Assembly (NCBI GenBank): GCA_963787445.1
Contig: CAWBCT010000005.1
Span: forward strand, 320,001 to 384,000
Source: an uncultured archaeon
GTDB taxonomy: Archaea; Micrarchaeota; Micrarchaeia; Micrarchaeales; CABMGC01
DNA length: 64,000 nucleotides
Reading direction: 5' to 3'
Each line of letters starts with the position of its first letter. Within the stretch, counting starts at the first letter, position 1. The notes beneath the pieces were generated by a model that made no database searches, was not told the DNA's origin, and saw nothing but the letters and a program-made list of their open reading frames with translations. Shown one piece after another: positions 17,769-29,511 of the stretch. The position numbers and the translations under genes were made by a program.

Positions 17769-18920
17769 CTATAACAGCGAGTTATAGACATCAACTAGCT
17801 TGTCCGTAACAACCTTTGGAGAAAACTTCATCGCGGTTTGCACCGCTCCATAATTATATGTATCTACGTTATTTAAAGCTTTTTCTATCTTCCTAGAACA
17901 CTCGTCATAATCGCCCGGGCGGAACTTCTCTCCGTTTTTGCCGTTGACTATCAGGGTCTTCAATGCGAGGTAATCCGCGCAGACCACCGGCTTGCCGGTG
18001 GCCATGGCCTCCAGTGCTACTATTCCCTGGGTTTCGAAGGTGGATGGGATGCAGAAAACATCCGACGCAGCATAGACGCGCGGGAGGGCCTGCCTGCTTA
18101 CCGGTCCCAGAAACTCGATGTTGTGCAGTCTTAGCTTGCGGGCCATCTCCCTATAGTATGCGTCTGCTGGACCTCCGCCGGCTATGACAAAGCGCAGGTC
18201 GTCCCGCCTTGAGTTAAGCTGCTTTGCCGATTTGAGCAGGGTCTCTATCTTCTTCTCTTTGCTTAGCCTTCCCACATAAAGCACTACCTTCTCATCATCG
18301 CGTATTTTATGCTCATCCCTAAAGGCATCTCCGCTGACCCTGGTGTTGAACTGCTCCGGATCGACGATGTTGGGTATCATCACCGTGTTGTTGACCCCGT
18401 GGCGCTCCAGCATGCTCGTTATCGCTTCGGATGGGGCGGTGGTGACGTCGCAGCGCCTGTAGAAGAACTTCACGTACTTCCAAAGGTACTTTATCGAGAG
18501 CCTCTTGAGCTCCGGGTTCTTCGGGTAGTACTCGTTGATTATCGCCTTGTTGTTCACCATCGTGTGGAATGAGCCGACTATGGGATAATGGCCGATTCCG
18601 GCGTTGATGAGCGCGGAGAAGCCCATGAAGAATGGGGTGTGCGCGTGCACCAGGTCGATCTCCAGCTTGCTGAGCTTGGTGATTGAGGTGTAGGGGAAGA
18701 GGGCCACGTTGTACTGCGGGTACGCCTTGAGTCCTATGCCCGGGTAGAGAAAGAGATCTTTCCTATGGGACTTCGGCGCGTCGTACCTGCCGCTCGCGAA
18801 GATGTAGACCTTGTGGCCGCGGCGCTCAAGCTCCTTCTTGAATGCGTTTATGGATGTGACTACGCCGTCTATTGCTGGTTCGTAGGTGTCTGTATAAAAA
18901 GCGAGGTTCAGCTTTCCCAT
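17769..18920 (-). CDS. Glycosyltransferase family 4
   Basis: FYTDTYEPAIDGVVTSI, VHAHTPF, YVGRLSKEK, ETQGIVALEAMATGKPVV. Confidence 0.93.
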   Translation of the reverse strand: MGKLNLAFYTDTYEPAIDGVVTSINAFKKELERRGHKVYIFASGRYDAPKSHRKDLFLYPGIGLKAYPQYNVALFPYTSITKLSKLEIDLVHAHTPFFMGFSALINAGIGHYPIVGSFHTMVNNKAIINEYYPKNPELKRLSIKYLWKYVKFFYRRCDVTTAPSEAITSMLERHGVNNTVMIPNIVDPEQFNTRVSGDAFRDEHKIRDDEKVVLYVGRLSKEKKIETLLKSAKQLNSRRDDLRFVIAGGGPADAYYREMARKLRLHNIEFLGPVSRQALPRVYAASDVFCIPSTFETQGIVALEAMATGKPVVCADYLALKTLIVNGKNGEKFRPGDYDECSRKIEKALNNVDTYNYGAVQTAMKFSPKVVTDKLVDVYNSLL

Positions 18921-18924
18921 CAAG

Positions 18925-19323
18925 TCACAGCGTTACGGCTTCGCCGCCGGCCTGCTTGATCTTCTCGGCCGCCTTCGCAGAGAATGCGGTCGCCTTGATC
19001 AGCGCAGCCTTCTTGAGCGTGCCGCTGCTTAGTACCTTGTAGCCTGGCAAAACTATTGCAGGCTTTGCATCCTTGGATAGCATGATTTGTGCAGAAAGCT
19101 TGTCCAGGTTTATCTCATCGAGCTTCGTCTTGCCCCATCTGGTGAAGCCGTGCGAGCCGATGCTCTCCTTGTCGTACTTGACCGTCCAGGTCCACTTGTG
19201 CTTCTTTCCGCCCCTTCCGACTCCGCCGCGGTCTCCTGCGCCCCTCCTGTTCTTTATGTTGCCCGCGCCCCAGCTCCTCATGCCGAGGTACTTCCTGTTG
19301 TGCTTCTTTGATCGTAATACCAT
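18925..19323 (-). CDS. rpl15: 50S ribosomal protein uL15
   Basis: RKYLGMRSWGAG..KNRRGAGDRGGVGRGG, FSAKAAEKIKQAGG. Confidence 0.95.
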   Translation of the reverse strand: MVLRSKKHNRKYLGMRSWGAGNIKNRRGAGDRGGVGRGGKKHKWTWTVKYDKESIGSHGFTRWGKTKLDEINLDKLSAQIMLSKDAKPAIVLPGYKVLSSGTLKKAALIKATAFSAKAAEKIKQAGGEAVTL

Positions 19324-19332
19324 GTGATAACC

Positions 19333-19758
19333 TTACATCATTCTCTTGATGAGCTTGCCCATCTCCTCTCCGCGGTAGCCGAGCGCGCCGCCGATGCTGT
19401 AGCCCTTCTTGATGCCCTCATAGCCGCGCCTGGGCGGGTGCATCCTTATGGGCTTCTCGATTATGTGCTTAAGCGTCTTCTTTCCGGTCACCACCTGCTC
19501 GATCTCCTCATTCTTGAGCTCAAAGCCCTTGCTCTTGAGCAGCTCCACCATAAGCTCCGGACTTATCTCCCCGAAGGTGACGTGGTCGTTGACCGCGTGG
19601 ATCATGCCTAGGTTGGTCTTGTTTCCGTAAAGTATTGCCAGGTTGTTCACCTTCTTGAGGTTCAGCCTGATGAGCGTGTGGTTTATGCTTTCGCGGGTGC
19701 CTACGTGTCCGCGTATGCGTACCACTGCGAGCAACTTGTTTTCAGCTTTTGACTTCAT
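19333..19758 (-). CDS. rpl30: 50S ribosomal protein uL30 (archaeal)
   Basis: LAVVRIRG, TFGEI, RMHPPRRG, GALGYRG; start reassigned to ATG 19758. Confidence 0.95.
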   Translation of the reverse strand: MKSKAENKLLAVVRIRGHVGTRESINHTLIRLNLKKVNNLAILYGNKTNLGMIHAVNDHVTFGEISPELMVELLKSKGFELKNEEIEQVVTGKKTLKHIIEKPIRMHPPRRGYEGIKKGYSIGGALGYRGEEMGKLIKRMM

Positions 19759-19894
19759 TAAAATCACTTCAGAACATAGCAGCAATAGAGTGCCTACTGA
19801 TACTGAGTAAGTATGTAGATATGGACAAATAAGGTATTTAGACCTTTCGCGGGGGCGTAACATTCTCTACAAAAAGGGCGTTTTTACGTCCAGC

Positions 19895-20446
19895 TCAGCC
19901 GTACTTCAGCTGGTGTTGCCTCGCTTTGGCGTCAAAATCAGACTCTGAGAGCACTTCGGGGTAGTTAGCCGCAACCGAACGGAGTGTGAAATCCACCACC
20001 GTGGAGTTTACACCCATCTCGCTCAGCTTCGCCAGTCTGGGCGCCAGGGAGGCGAGGGCCTGTTCGGAGACCAGCGCCTTTGGGTCGTAGGACGTTTCCG
20101 AGACAAATTTTAGGAGCGGCAGGGTGACGTTTGGGCTTAACTTTCCTAGCAGCTCAAGGAATGAGGGCCTTGTAAGCGCTTCCAGCAGCTCCTTGGCAGC
20201 TGTTTCACCGTAGACCTTGCCTATGGAACCGTTTGGTTCTGCGGCATCGATGGCGAAAACGTAGGCCAATCTTGATTCAGAATCTAGGCGCGTGTTTGAA
20301 GATGAATCGGCAGGCCGTAGCGTAGGGGCAAGATGTAGATGGGTGCTGGGAGTGTTTGCATCAATCTTTCTTACGGAGTTAATCAGTGGTAACCTGGGTC
20401 GACCGCGCTTTCGCTCACGCTCTCTAGCTAGTGACATGTATCCCAT
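19895..20446 (-). CDS. Hypothetical protein with AT-hook-like KRGRPR
   Basis: 183-aa ORF filling the gap between tRNA-Lys and rpl30; no recognisable family. Confidence 0.55.
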   Translation of the reverse strand: MGYMSLARERERKRGRPRLPLINSVRKIDANTPSTHLHLAPTLRPADSSSNTRLDSESRLAYVFAIDAAEPNGSIGKVYGETAAKELLEALTRPSFLELLGKLSPNVTLPLLKFVSETSYDPKALVSEQALASLAPRLAKLSEMGVNSTVVDFTLRSVAANYPEVLSESDFDAKARQHQLKYG

Positions 20447-20532
20447 TCAAATCCCCGCTAATAATTCTCATGTTAATTATTTATAACTATGCAATAACGG
20501 CGCGGCAGAGCTATGCTGGGAGGTGCAAAAAG

Positions 20533-20607
20533 CGGGCCCGGTGGGATTTGAACCCACGACTTGTTGGTTAAGAGCCAACCACTCTGACCAAGCTGAGTTA
20601 CGGACCC
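20533..20607 (-). tRNA. tRNA-Lys(CTT), intronless, CCA not encoded
   Basis: GGGTCCG acceptor, anticodon arm GTTGG-CTCTTAA-CCAAC, T-arm GTGGGTTCAAATCCCAC. Confidence 0.97.
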
Positions 20608-20750
20608 AAAAAAGCGCCTAGAAAAGGAGCCATCTAATAGATACCCTTTCATGTTTATAATACTTAGCGATTTATGCCTTTTTCCATCTACATTTTTTGC
20701 TTCCAGAAAAGGTTTATATGCTTTAAAATGTCATCAATAATGTGGGTTCT

Positions 20751-22664
20751 ATGGAAGATGTTGGGGGCGAGTATGAGGCTTCGAAAATACTCGTTTTGGA
20801 GGGTCCCCAGGGTATCAGAAAACGTCCAGCAATGTACATCGGATCGACAAGTTCTCAGGGTGTAATGCACCTGCTTGTTGAAATTCTTGACAATGCGGTG
20901 GACGAAGCGATGGGAGGCTACTGCAACAACATCTCAATCCGCCTATACAAGCATGAAAACGGTGATGTGGCCCAGGTGAGCGATGATGGAAGGGGCATAC
21001 CAGTAGGAATAATGCCCAAATACAACAAGAGCGCGCTCGAGGTCATCATGACAACGCTCCACAAGGGAGCAAAATTCGAGAGTGACTCCTATAAAGTCTC
21101 GGGAGGCCTGCATGGCGTGGGCCTCACTGTCGTAAATGCGCTTTCGGAGTTCACAGAGGTGCAGGTAAGGAAGAACGGGAAGGTTTACCGGCAGACTTTT
21201 AGCCGTGGCGCCCCCACCTCGCAGATGGAAGTTGTCGGCGAAACTACAGGAAAAGGGACAACAATAACATTCAAGCCCGACGCTGAGATATTCAAGACAA
21301 CCGCATTCGACTCGACACTTCTAAAGGAGAGATTGACCTACACAACATTCCTGAATCCAGGGCTCAGTATAACCCTCAGGGATGAAAGATTTGAGCAACC
21401 TGAGGAAAGTATTTACAAATCAGTCGAAGGAATAAAGGATTTCATAAAGTTCCTGAATAAGGGAACGACAACCATAACAGACATAATGCATGCGAAGAGC
21501 AAGGAGGGCAATTTTACAATCGATTATGCAATTCAGTATAACAACAGCTATGAGGAGAGGCTTGAATCCTTCGTAAACACTATCAAAACCACAGGTGGAG
21601 GAACGCACGTCTCCGGTTTTCATGCGGCGGTCTCGCGTGCCCTGATCAACTACCTGTCGAAGAACAGCAAGATGAATAAGAACGAGATAAAGATTACGGG
21701 AGACGACGTTCGAGAGGGCATGTGCGCGGTCATTTCCGTATGGATGCAGAATCCGGAGTTCGAGGGCCAGACAAAGGAGAAACTGGGTAATGTTCAGATA
21801 AAGTCAATGATTGAAACAGAGGTTTACGCTTCATTCTCAAGATACCTTCAGGAGCATCCTGCAGATGCACATGCGATAATAGAGAAGGCAGTTATGGCGG
21901 CGAATGCGAGAGAGAGCGCTCGCAAGGCAAGGGAGCTTTCTAGAAAACGCAGCCTGCTTGAGAGCACTGTGCTCCCCGGAAAACTCGCCGATTGCATTGA
22001 GAATGACCCATCAAAGACAGAGATCTTCATAGTCGAAGGCGAGTCGGCCGGTGGTAGTAGCAAGATGGGTCGCGACAAAAACACGCAGGCGATATTACCG
22101 CTACGCGGAAAGATCCTTAACGTGGAGAAGGCCAGCTATGATAGGATATTCGACAATACGGAAATAAGGTCAATGATAACCGCTTTTGGAACAGGGATAA
22201 GGGAGACGTTCAACACGGAGGGCGCAAGATACCATAAAATAATAATAATGACAGATGCGGATGTGGACGGCAGCCACATCCGCACTTTATTGCTGACTTT
22301 CTTCTACAGGTACATGAAGAAGCTGATCGAGGTGGGCTATGTTTACATCGCCCAGCCGCCACTTTACAAGGTAAAGATTGGGAAGGAGGAGAAGTACGTT
22401 TACAGCGATGAGGAGTTAAACACATTGCGCGTTGGAGAGGATAAGGAGGCTGAGACGCAACGCTACAAGGGACTTGGAGAGATGAATCCTGAACAACTTT
22501 GGGAGACAACGATGCACCCGGAGAAGAGGATGCTGAAGAAGGTGCACATAAAGGATGCGCAGATGGCGGACAGCCTCTTTACGATACTTATGGGCGTTGA
22601 CCCGGCGCAGAGGCGCAGATTCCTGCACGACCATGCAGAGGAAGTGAACTTCCTCGATGTCTGA
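20751..22664 (+). CDS. gyrB: DNA gyrase subunit B
   Basis: IRKRPAMYIGS, EILDNAVDE, SGGLHGVG, VEGESAGG, PLRGKILN, MTDADVDG, RYKGLGEMN. Confidence 0.97.
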   Translation: MEDVGGEYEASKILVLEGPQGIRKRPAMYIGSTSSQGVMHLLVEILDNAVDEAMGGYCNNISIRLYKHENGDVAQVSDDGRGIPVGIMPKYNKSALEVIMTTLHKGAKFESDSYKVSGGLHGVGLTVVNALSEFTEVQVRKNGKVYRQTFSRGAPTSQMEVVGETTGKGTTITFKPDAEIFKTTAFDSTLLKERLTYTTFLNPGLSITLRDERFEQPEESIYKSVEGIKDFIKFLNKGTTTITDIMHAKSKEGNFTIDYAIQYNNSYEERLESFVNTIKTTGGGTHVSGFHAAVSRALINYLSKNSKMNKNEIKITGDDVREGMCAVISVWMQNPEFEGQTKEKLGNVQIKSMIETEVYASFSRYLQEHPADAHAIIEKAVMAANARESARKARELSRKRSLLESTVLPGKLADCIENDPSKTEIFIVEGESAGGSSKMGRDKNTQAILPLRGKILNVEKASYDRIFDNTEIRSMITAFGTGIRETFNTEGARYHKIIIMTDADVDGSHIRTLLLTFFYRYMKKLIEVGYVYIAQPPLYKVKIGKEEKYVYSDEELNTLRVGEDKEAETQRYKGLGEMNPEQLWETTMHPEKRMLKKVHIKDAQMADSLFTILMGVDPAQRRRFLHDHAEEVNFLDV

Positions 22665-22673
22665 GGCCTGAGC

Positions 22674-25127
22674 ATGAGCAAGATAATCGATATTAACTTG
22701 GAAGATGAGCTGCAGTCCAGCTACATCGACTACGCCATGAGCGTCATCATAGGCAGGGCCATACCTGATGCCCGCGATGGTCTCAAGCCCGCCCAGCGAA
22801 GGATACTCTATGCGATGTATCGCATAAACAACACCCACAGCCAGCCCACAAAGAAGAGCGCGAGAATAGTCGGAGAGGTCATAGGTAAGTTCCACCCGCA
22901 CGGCGACACGGCAGTGTACGAAGCGATGGTGCGCATGGCTCAGGAGTTCTCAATGAACCACATGCTCGTGGAAGGCCAGGGCAACTTTGGATCGGTTGAC
23001 GGGGACCCGCCTGCAGCGATGAGATACACAGAGGTGAGGCTTACAAAGATTGCAGAGGAGATCCTGGAGGATCTTGACAAGGAGACCGTAGAGATCGTCC
23101 CCAACTTCGACAATACTGAGAAAGAGCCTAGCGTTCTTCCGGGCAAGGTTCCCAACCTGTTGGTCAACGGCGCTTCCGGGATAGCGGTGGGTGTTGCGAC
23201 CAGCATGCCACCGCACAACTTGGTTGAGGTCTGTGATGCGATAACGCTCAGGCTGAAGAGCCCTGAAGTAACGCCAGAGGACATTCTCAAGATAATAAAG
23301 GGTCCGGACTTTCCGACAGGCGGAATTGCGATAATGTCGGGGAACTCCTACAATGGTTACAGGACGGGAAGAGGGCAGCTTACAATCCGCGCGAAGGCAG
23401 AGATAGACGAGAAGAAGAACAGGCTCGTGATAAGCGAGATCCCCTACAACGTGAACAAGTCAACGCTTATACAAAACATCGCGGGATTGGTGCGCGACAA
23501 GAAGATAACCGGGATAAAGGACATACGCGACGAGACCGGGCGCACTGGAATGAGCATTGTGATCGAGCTGAAGAGTGGAGAGGACCCGAACCAGGTGCTG
23601 AACATGCTGTACAATCACACGCAGCTGCAGGTCACCTACCCGATAATCAACCTCGCGGTCATCGGAAAGAGCCTGAAGAGCCTCAACATACTGCAGCTCA
23701 TAAACGCATTCATTGACCATCGACTGGACGTCATACTGAAGCGCAGCAACTACGAGCTGAAGGTTGCGACGGACAGGCTGCACATAGTGGACGGGCTTGT
23801 GATAGCGCTGGCGAGCATCGATGAGATAATAAAGACGATAAAGAAGAGTGAGGAGCTGGGCGACGCGAGAAAGAACCTGATTGCGCAGTTCAGACTGTCG
23901 GAAAAGCAGGCGAACGCCATACTTGAGATGAGGCTGAGCAGGCTCACACACCTTGAGAGCCAGTCCCTGGCCAGGGAGAAGGTGGAGCTGGAGAAGAAGA
24001 TAACCTATTACAATGAGCTCATCGCGAGCAAGCCGAAGCAGGAGGAACTCATAGTCAACGAGATGGCCGACCTGAGGAAGAGGTTCGGGAAGCCGAGACG
24101 CACGGAGATAGTCCAGGCGGAGGATGGCCTCGACATAAGTGACGAGGACATGATAACCAATGAGAAGGTCACGGTCATACTCACAAACGCAGGGTACATC
24201 AAGCGCATCGCGACGAGCAACTACAAGGAGCAGGCGCGCGGCGGAAGGGGAGTGATCTCGATAAACCTGAAGGAGGGCGACTTCGTAAAGCAGATAATCA
24301 CCTGCAACAACAAGAACTACATACTATTCATCTCGGACAAGGGCCAGGCCTACTGGCTGAAGGCCTACAACATACCGGAAGGAGGGCGCTATTCAGAGGG
24401 GAGGGCGATAGTCAACCTGCTCAACATAAAGGACGAGAAGATCGTGAGGATGCTGGATGTGACAAGCTTCACCGATTCGAAGATGGTCTTCCTCACCGAG
24501 AAGGGATTGGTCAAGAAGACCGACGCAAAGTTCTTCTCCCACCCGCGTTCGAATGGAATACGGGCAATAACACTCAATAACGATGATAAAATAGTGGACA
24601 CGATAATGTACTCGAAGGAGAAGTACCTCCTAATAGTCACAAAGAAGGGCAAGGCGATAAAGTTTGAGGAGAAGGAGCTGCGCTTCACTGGAAGGGCAGC
24701 CATGGGGGTTAGAGGAATAAGGCTCAAGGGAGATGAGGCAAAGAACATAATCGCGGCAAACGATGCAGGCCTGGTGCTAACGGTAACGCAGAAGGGCTAT
24801 GGAAAGATAACCGATGTCAACAGGTACAGGACCCAGGGCAGAGGAGGAGGAGGCGTCATAAACATAAAGGCCAACGACAAGACAGGCCCGGTCTCAAAGG
24901 CGATCTTCGTTGAGAAGGAGGAGATGCAGCTGATACTGATAAACTCGCTTGGGGTCAGCATCAACATCCCGATCTCTTCCATAAGGGTCACGGGTAGGGC
25001 AGCGAGCGGGGTCAGGCTGATGAGGCTTGACGAAAAGGCTATGGTATCAGACGCAAGGCTTCTTGAGGCGGAGCAAGAGGCGCCGGCTGCTCCGCCGGTC
25101 GTTCCAGTCCAGCCAACTAACCCCTAG
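22674..25127 (+). CDS. gyrA: DNA gyrase subunit A
   Basis: [21 protein letters not shown] catalytic Tyr, GyrA-box QARGGRGV, beta-pinwheel repeats. Confidence 0.97.
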   Translation: MSKIIDINLEDELQSSYIDYAMSVIIGRAIPDARDGLKPAQRRILYAMYRINNTHSQPTKKSARIVGEVIGKFHPHGDTAVYEAMVRMAQEFSMNHMLVEGQGNFGSVDGDPPAAMRYTEVRLTKIAEEILEDLDKETVEIVPNFDNTEKEPSVLPGKVPNLLVNGASGIAVGVATSMPPHNLVEVCDAITLRLKSPEVTPEDILKIIKGPDFPTGGIAIMSGNSYNGYRTGRGQLTIRAKAEIDEKKNRLVISEIPYNVNKSTLIQNIAGLVRDKKITGIKDIRDETGRTGMSIVIELKSGEDPNQVLNMLYNHTQLQVTYPIINLAVIGKSLKSLNILQLINAFIDHRLDVILKRSNYELKVATDRLHIVDGLVIALASIDEIIKTIKKSEELGDARKNLIAQFRLSEKQANAILEMRLSRLTHLESQSLAREKVELEKKITYYNELIASKPKQEELIVNEMADLRKRFGKPRRTEIVQAEDGLDISDEDMITNEKVTVILTNAGYIKRIATSNYKEQARGGRGVISINLKEGDFVKQIITCNNKNYILFISDKGQAYWLKAYNIPEGGRYSEGRAIVNLLNIKDEKIVRMLDVTSFTDSKMVFLTEKGLVKKTDAKFFSHPRSNGIRAITLNNDDKIVDTIMYSKEKYLLIVTKKGKAIKFEEKELRFTGRAAMGVRGIRLKGDEAKNIIAANDAGLVLTVTQKGYGKITDVNRYRTQGRGGGGVINIKANDKTGPVSKAIFVEKEEMQLILINSLGVSINIPISSIRVTGRAASGVRLMRLDEKAMVSDARLLEAEQEAPAAPPVVPVQPTNP

Positions 25128-27880
25128 GCTTTCTTCCAGAACTTGCTGTTGCGTATGAACAGGCGCTGGGCCCTCAGCACATCCTCTATGAACGGCTTGT
25201 CGCTCTTCCTCACATGCTTTAGCAGCCTGCCTGCGGTAATCAGGCCAACGCCATAGGTGGTTAGCGCAGCTATCGCCCTGTCCCCATGGGCTTCAAGGAG
25301 GCCCGCCTCGTTTATCGCGTTCCTATAGTCCTCGCCCTCCTGCTTGGTAAGGCGCTTCCCCTCCCGCTTTTTTGAAACGGCGTCGTAGTACTCCTGCCTG
25401 AACGTGGAGATCATGGGGCTCTTGCACCGCATGCACAAGATCTTCTCGCTGCTCAGGTCCCGTGTGTTTACCTCTCGTGAGAACATCAGGGTGCAGTAGG
25501 TGCACAGGAGCTGGACCGGCTTCCTGGCGAGCTTGTGCTTCAGCTCCTCCACGTCCGCATCGGGTATGTCCGTGGAAAGCAGCTCCCTGTAGCCGAAAGC
25601 GCCGCGTATTGCCTCCCTGGAGAAGGGAGAACCCGTGGAAACCTCTTTTATCAGTATTTTTCCTTGCTTCAGGTCTGAGATGAACCTTGAAACGGCGTCG
25701 TAATCAACATAATTCTTCTTTAGGTCGCGTATGGTCTCATCCTGAAGGACGGTTCCATTGTAGAACTCTATGAGTTTGGTGAGTGAGCCCTTGCTCAGGG
25801 TCGCTTTCTTCTCCAGTATCCCGAAAAGCTTGGCCACATGGACAAACTTGTGCCTGTACAGCTCTGATCCCGAGAGTATCTCCTTGGTGTAGGCCTCAAG
25901 GTCTGTCTCGCACAGGGTCTTGATGAGCTTCCTCATGTCCGGCCTGCGCCTAGTATTTCGCAGCTCCACTATTATCGCGTAGGCGGTGGCGCGGATGAAC
26001 ACCTCGACTCCGCTCTTTCTCAGAAGGTAAACGAAGGACTTTGCGATGAACTCGTTGGCGAGCTTGCCGAGCGGCATGAAGAGCACGGTGTAGTCCTCCA
26101 GCTCCTCTATGAAAATGTTGTCCGGAGAAGGGATGAAGAAGCCGCGCTGCTTCTTTGAGAACTCCGCAACCGCGTCAAAGGAGCCGCGCTCGGTGAACTC
26201 CTCCATCGGTTTCGGTTGGGCAAGCAGCTTCATGGCATTCTGTGCAATGTCAAGTGAAACAGGGATGTCCTCCCCTTCCCAATCTGGTATCGAGGCTTCA
26301 AGGTCGGCGCCCGGCTCGACGAAGATTGTGTCATCGGTTATGCTGACAACCTTCCAGGGCACGCCCTTGGTTATGAACGAGGCGTTCTCATCAAGGCTGT
26401 TGTACACGAACCACTCGTCAAGCGTGGAGATTATCTTGTTGTTTGAGGCTCGCTTGACAAGATACCTTCGCGAGTCGGGAATCACGCTTATGTTCTCGAT
26501 GAAATAGGTCCTTGTCCTCCCGCCAGGGACTATCTTTCTCTCATTCACCCTGACAAGGCCCAGTGTTGTGCAGAACTCAAGGACCTTCCTGAACTGGGAG
26601 CGTTCAAGCTGCGCATAGGGAGCGGCCGACTTTACGATCGCGTAGGCCTTCTCCAGCTCTATCCCCCTGTACTCGAGCGCCATCCCGCAGAGCTGATTTG
26701 CAAGGACGTCGCTGGCCAGGTTCTCCGCCCTGCGCGACTCCAGCCTCCTATTTGAGGCCGCAATCACCGTTGCGCCAGACTCCAGGGCCTCCAGCGGCCC
26801 GGAAACGACGATGTGCCCCTTCGATACAGCGCCTTCCCGGTGCCCGCTGCGCCCGACCCGCTGCAGAAGCCTGTTCGACTGCCTCGGCGAGCCGTACTGG
26901 ATCACCGTCTCTATCCTTCCTATGTCTATGCCCAGCTCGAGCGAGCTCGTCGCTATTATGCAGTTGAGCTGGCCCTGCTTGAACCGGTTCTCAATCTCTA
27001 TGCGCTCGTTGCTGTCCAGCGAGCTATGGTGTATCCCAACGTAGTCAAAACCTTCGAGCCTGCTCAGGTACAGGAGCTTGCTCCCGATGGCCTCCACCAC
27101 CTGCCGGGTGTTGGCGAACACCAGGGTCGCCTTGGAGCTCTTTATGGTGTCCTCGATGTACTCTATCCTGGCGAGCGCCTGCTCGTCAAGGTTGAAGGTG
27201 GACTCGAACTCGGGGTGGCGCCTGAGGGGCAGCATCGGCATCACCACCTTTATCTCAAGCCTTTTCTCCAGTCCGGAGGCTATCGTCCGGTAGGGCAGCT
27301 CGCCGAACAGGAACCTTGCCGCCTCTGCCTCGTTGCCGATGGTCGCGCTTAGGCCTATGCGCGTGAACCCCTGCCTCATCTGGGCTATCCTCTGGAGCAC
27401 GATCGAGAGCTGGGCGCCCCTCTTGTTGTAGTAAAGTTCGTGCAGTTCGTCCACAATTACAAACTGCAGGTTTGCCAGCGAGGTTCGGAGCCTTGGGGAG
27501 AGAAGGAGGTTCTGAAGGGTCTCCGGAGTGGTTATCAGAATCTGGGGCGGCTTTGCGGCCTGGGCCTGTCTCTCCTTCTGGCTGGTGTCGCCGTGCCTCA
27601 CGCCTATCGTTATCTCAAGAGTCCCGCACATCTCCTCGAGCCGCTTCATCAGGTCGCGGTTCAGTGCGCGCAGAGGGGTTATGTACAGCGCCTGTATCCC
27701 CTTCTTCTCCGCGGAGCTAAGTCGCTCAAGGATGGGAAGCATCGCCGCCTCGGTCTTGCCGCTGCCGGTGGGCGCGACTATCAGGCAGTTCGAGCCCGCT
27801 GTTATCTCGGAAAAGGCCTCTCTCTGCAGGGGGTTAAGTTCACCCACCCTTTCGGAGAAGAGGGTTCGGGCGCTTTTCAT
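25124..27880 (-). CDS. lhr: Lhr-like SF2 helicase with C-terminal Zn finger
   Basis: [58 protein letters not shown]...CMRC. Confidence 0.92.
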   Translation of the reverse strand: MKSARTLFSERVGELNPLQREAFSEITAGSNCLIVAPTGSGKTEAAMLPILERLSSAEKKGIQALYITPLRALNRDLMKRLEEMCGTLEITIGVRHGDTSQKERQAQAAKPPQILITTPETLQNLLLSPRLRTSLANLQFVIVDELHELYYNKRGAQLSIVLQRIAQMRQGFTRIGLSATIGNEAEAARFLFGELPYRTIASGLEKRLEIKVVMPMLPLRRHPEFESTFNLDEQALARIEYIEDTIKSSKATLVFANTRQVVEAIGSKLLYLSRLEGFDYVGIHHSSLDSNERIEIENRFKQGQLNCIIATSSLELGIDIGRIETVIQYGSPRQSNRLLQRVGRSGHREGAVSKGHIVVSGPLEALESGATVIAASNRRLESRRAENLASDVLANQLCGMALEYRGIELEKAYAIVKSAAPYAQLERSQFRKVLEFCTTLGLVRVNERKIVPGGRTRTYFIENISVIPDSRRYLVKRASNNKIISTLDEWFVYNSLDENASFITKGVPWKVVSITDDTIFVEPGADLEASIPDWEGEDIPVSLDIAQNAMKLLAQPKPMEEFTERGSFDAVAEFSKKQRGFFIPSPDNIFIEELEDYTVLFMPLGKLANEFIAKSFVYLLRKSGVEVFIRATAYAIIVELRNTRRRPDMRKLIKTLCETDLEAYTKEILSGSELYRHKFVHVAKLFGILEKKATLSKGSLTKLIEFYNGTVLQDETIRDLKKNYVDYDAVSRFISDLKQGKILIKEVSTGSPFSREAIRGAFGYRELLSTDIPDADVEELKHKLARKPVQLLCTYCTLMFSREVNTRDLSSEKILCMRCKSPMISTFRQEYYDAVSKKREGKRLTKQEGEDYRNAINEAGLLEAHGDRAIAALTTYGVGLITAGRLLKHVRKSDKPFIEDVLRAQRLFIRNSKFWKKA

Positions 27881-27887
27881 CTCAACA

Positions 27888-29507
27888 CTAGACTATGTAG
27901 GCGCCGCCGGTCGCCTTGTAGCTGCTCCCGAGCACTGTGTAATTCATATTGATATTCAGGCCCAGACCGAGCGGCACGCCGGTTATCGCCTTCGCGTTGT
28001 TGAAGCAAGGCAGCGTGACGTTCCTGTAGGCCAGGGACGGTATTATTGTGTTCACCGCCGAGAACTTTGCCGTTCCGACCTCGGTGCAGGCCATCGTGTT
28101 CAGCACAAACGTCTGGTTCAGCTTGTTGTAGAGCCTTAGGGTGAGGTTTCCGTTTGTGAAGTAGGGCGAGTAGCAGGAAAGGCTGGCGTTGAGCCTGCAG
28201 CTGCTGTTTATGCCGCTTATGAACGGCTGCGTCGCACCCGAGATATTGAACCGGTTGAGAAGGTTTATGCTGGCCTGCGCCTCGTAGGGCACGTCAGAGG
28301 TGTTGACCAGCGCCATCACCGTCAGGTTTTTCTGCCCGATAAAGCTGCTGGTGCTTATGAGGGCGAGCGGGCCTATCGTGTTGGAAGCTGTGGGGAACAG
28401 GTAGGTTGTGCAGTAGCTCCTGTTGGATTCAATGCTGATCAGCCCATAGCAAACATAGTTCGGGTTGGTGTTCGGCGTCACCGCTTCGTAGACCGCCGAG
28501 CTGTTGACAAGGAGCAGGTTGCCGTAGCCCGCACCCACTATGGAGCGTTCGCTGAAGTTGGCAAGAAGCCTGCTGTTGTTGATTGAGGGCAGGTATCCCG
28601 AGGGCGGGGTTGAGTTTTCTGGGGTGGCGGCGAGGGCCGAGATGCAGCTCTGGTTCCCTTCATAGGCGAGGTTCTTCAGCCATCCGCCCGAGTACCAGCT
28701 GCAGACCGTTGTGTTATGATTCAGGGTGACGACCGCTATGCTCTGCCCGTTGAGGGTCTTGTTTGTCGAATTGAGCTTTGCTCCCTGCGCCCAGATGTTG
28801 GTGACGTTTGGCGAGAGCGAGCTCTGGATCCAAAGTGAGTAGGCGCTGGCGCGCGGGTAGGTCGCGGATGCGGAGTACAGGTTCTCTAGGTAGCTGTAGG
28901 TGAGGTTGAAGAGAGGGTTGAAGAACGAGCTCACAGCCGGTATCTGGGAGGTCTGGAATGAGCCTAGGCCGTAGTCGTTGGTGAAAATGGTGTAGTAGAT
29001 GTAGCCCCCTACGCTTGAGTAGGACTCCTTCTGCCAGGTGGAGTTTGAGGGTAATGTCGAGTAGGGTGCAGGGGTCGAGGCGCTTTTAACGGCCACGTCG
29101 AACTGCAGCCTTGATTGGCTCCTGTTTTGTAGGGTGTACAGATTGCTCGGGTCGGCAACGTAGCTTATCACGAACGTGCCCGGGCTGCTGAACTGCTTGC
29201 TGAAGTTGAGGAACAGCGTCTGGCCGGCAGGGATTGAGACGTTATATATTGTGCTGAGGTTGCCGTTCATGAATATTCCAACCCCCAGGTCTCTTACGTA
29301 GGAGCGGCCAAGATTGGTGATCTGCACAGGGACGAACACGCTCCGGTAGGGGTATATGGAAACAAGGCTGTCGGTTGAGTTGAAGCTGAACTTGACGCTT
29401 ATCGGGCCGTTCTGGCTAGCCGGCGCGTTCTCCAGGTAGATGAAACCTATCGCCACTATCGCAACAACAGCGATGATTATCCAGGTATACAGCTCTTTTC
29501 GTTGCAT
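27888..29507 (-). CDS. Membrane-anchored secreted glycoprotein, function unknown
   Basis: N-terminal TM, S/T/N-rich, many N-x-S/T sequons, Cys pairs, CARDB-like segment near the N-terminus. Confidence 0.7.
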   Translation of the reverse strand: MQRKELYTWIIIAVVAIVAIGFIYLENAPASQNGPISVKFSFNSTDSLVSIYPYRSVFVPVQITNLGRSYVRDLGVGIFMNGNLSTIYNVSIPAGQTLFLNFSKQFSSPGTFVISYVADPSNLYTLQNRSQSRLQFDVAVKSASTPAPYSTLPSNSTWQKESYSSVGGYIYYTIFTNDYGLGSFQTSQIPAVSSFFNPLFNLTYSYLENLYSASATYPRASAYSLWIQSSLSPNVTNIWAQGAKLNSTNKTLNGQSIAVVTLNHNTTVCSWYSGGWLKNLAYEGNQSCISALAATPENSTPPSGYLPSINNSRLLANFSERSIVGAGYGNLLLVNSSAVYEAVTPNTNPNYVCYGLISIESNRSYCTTYLFPTASNTIGPLALISTSSFIGQKNLTVMALVNTSDVPYEAQASINLLNRFNISGATQPFISGINSSCRLNASLSCYSPYFTNGNLTLRLYNKLNQTFVLNTMACTEVGTAKFSAVNTIIPSLAYRNVTLPCFNNAKAITGVPLGLGLNINMNYTVLGSSYKATGGAYIV

Positions 29508-29511
29508 GACA

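Noticed and set aside
19759..19863. N-terminal extension of uL30 in the ORF track
   Set aside because: Promoter/leader region; ATG 19758 follows an RBS-like GTGAT
20751..27880. Inteins in gyrase or Lhr (also checked NrdA and RNAP subunits)
   Set aside because: Protein lengths are normal and motifs are contiguous
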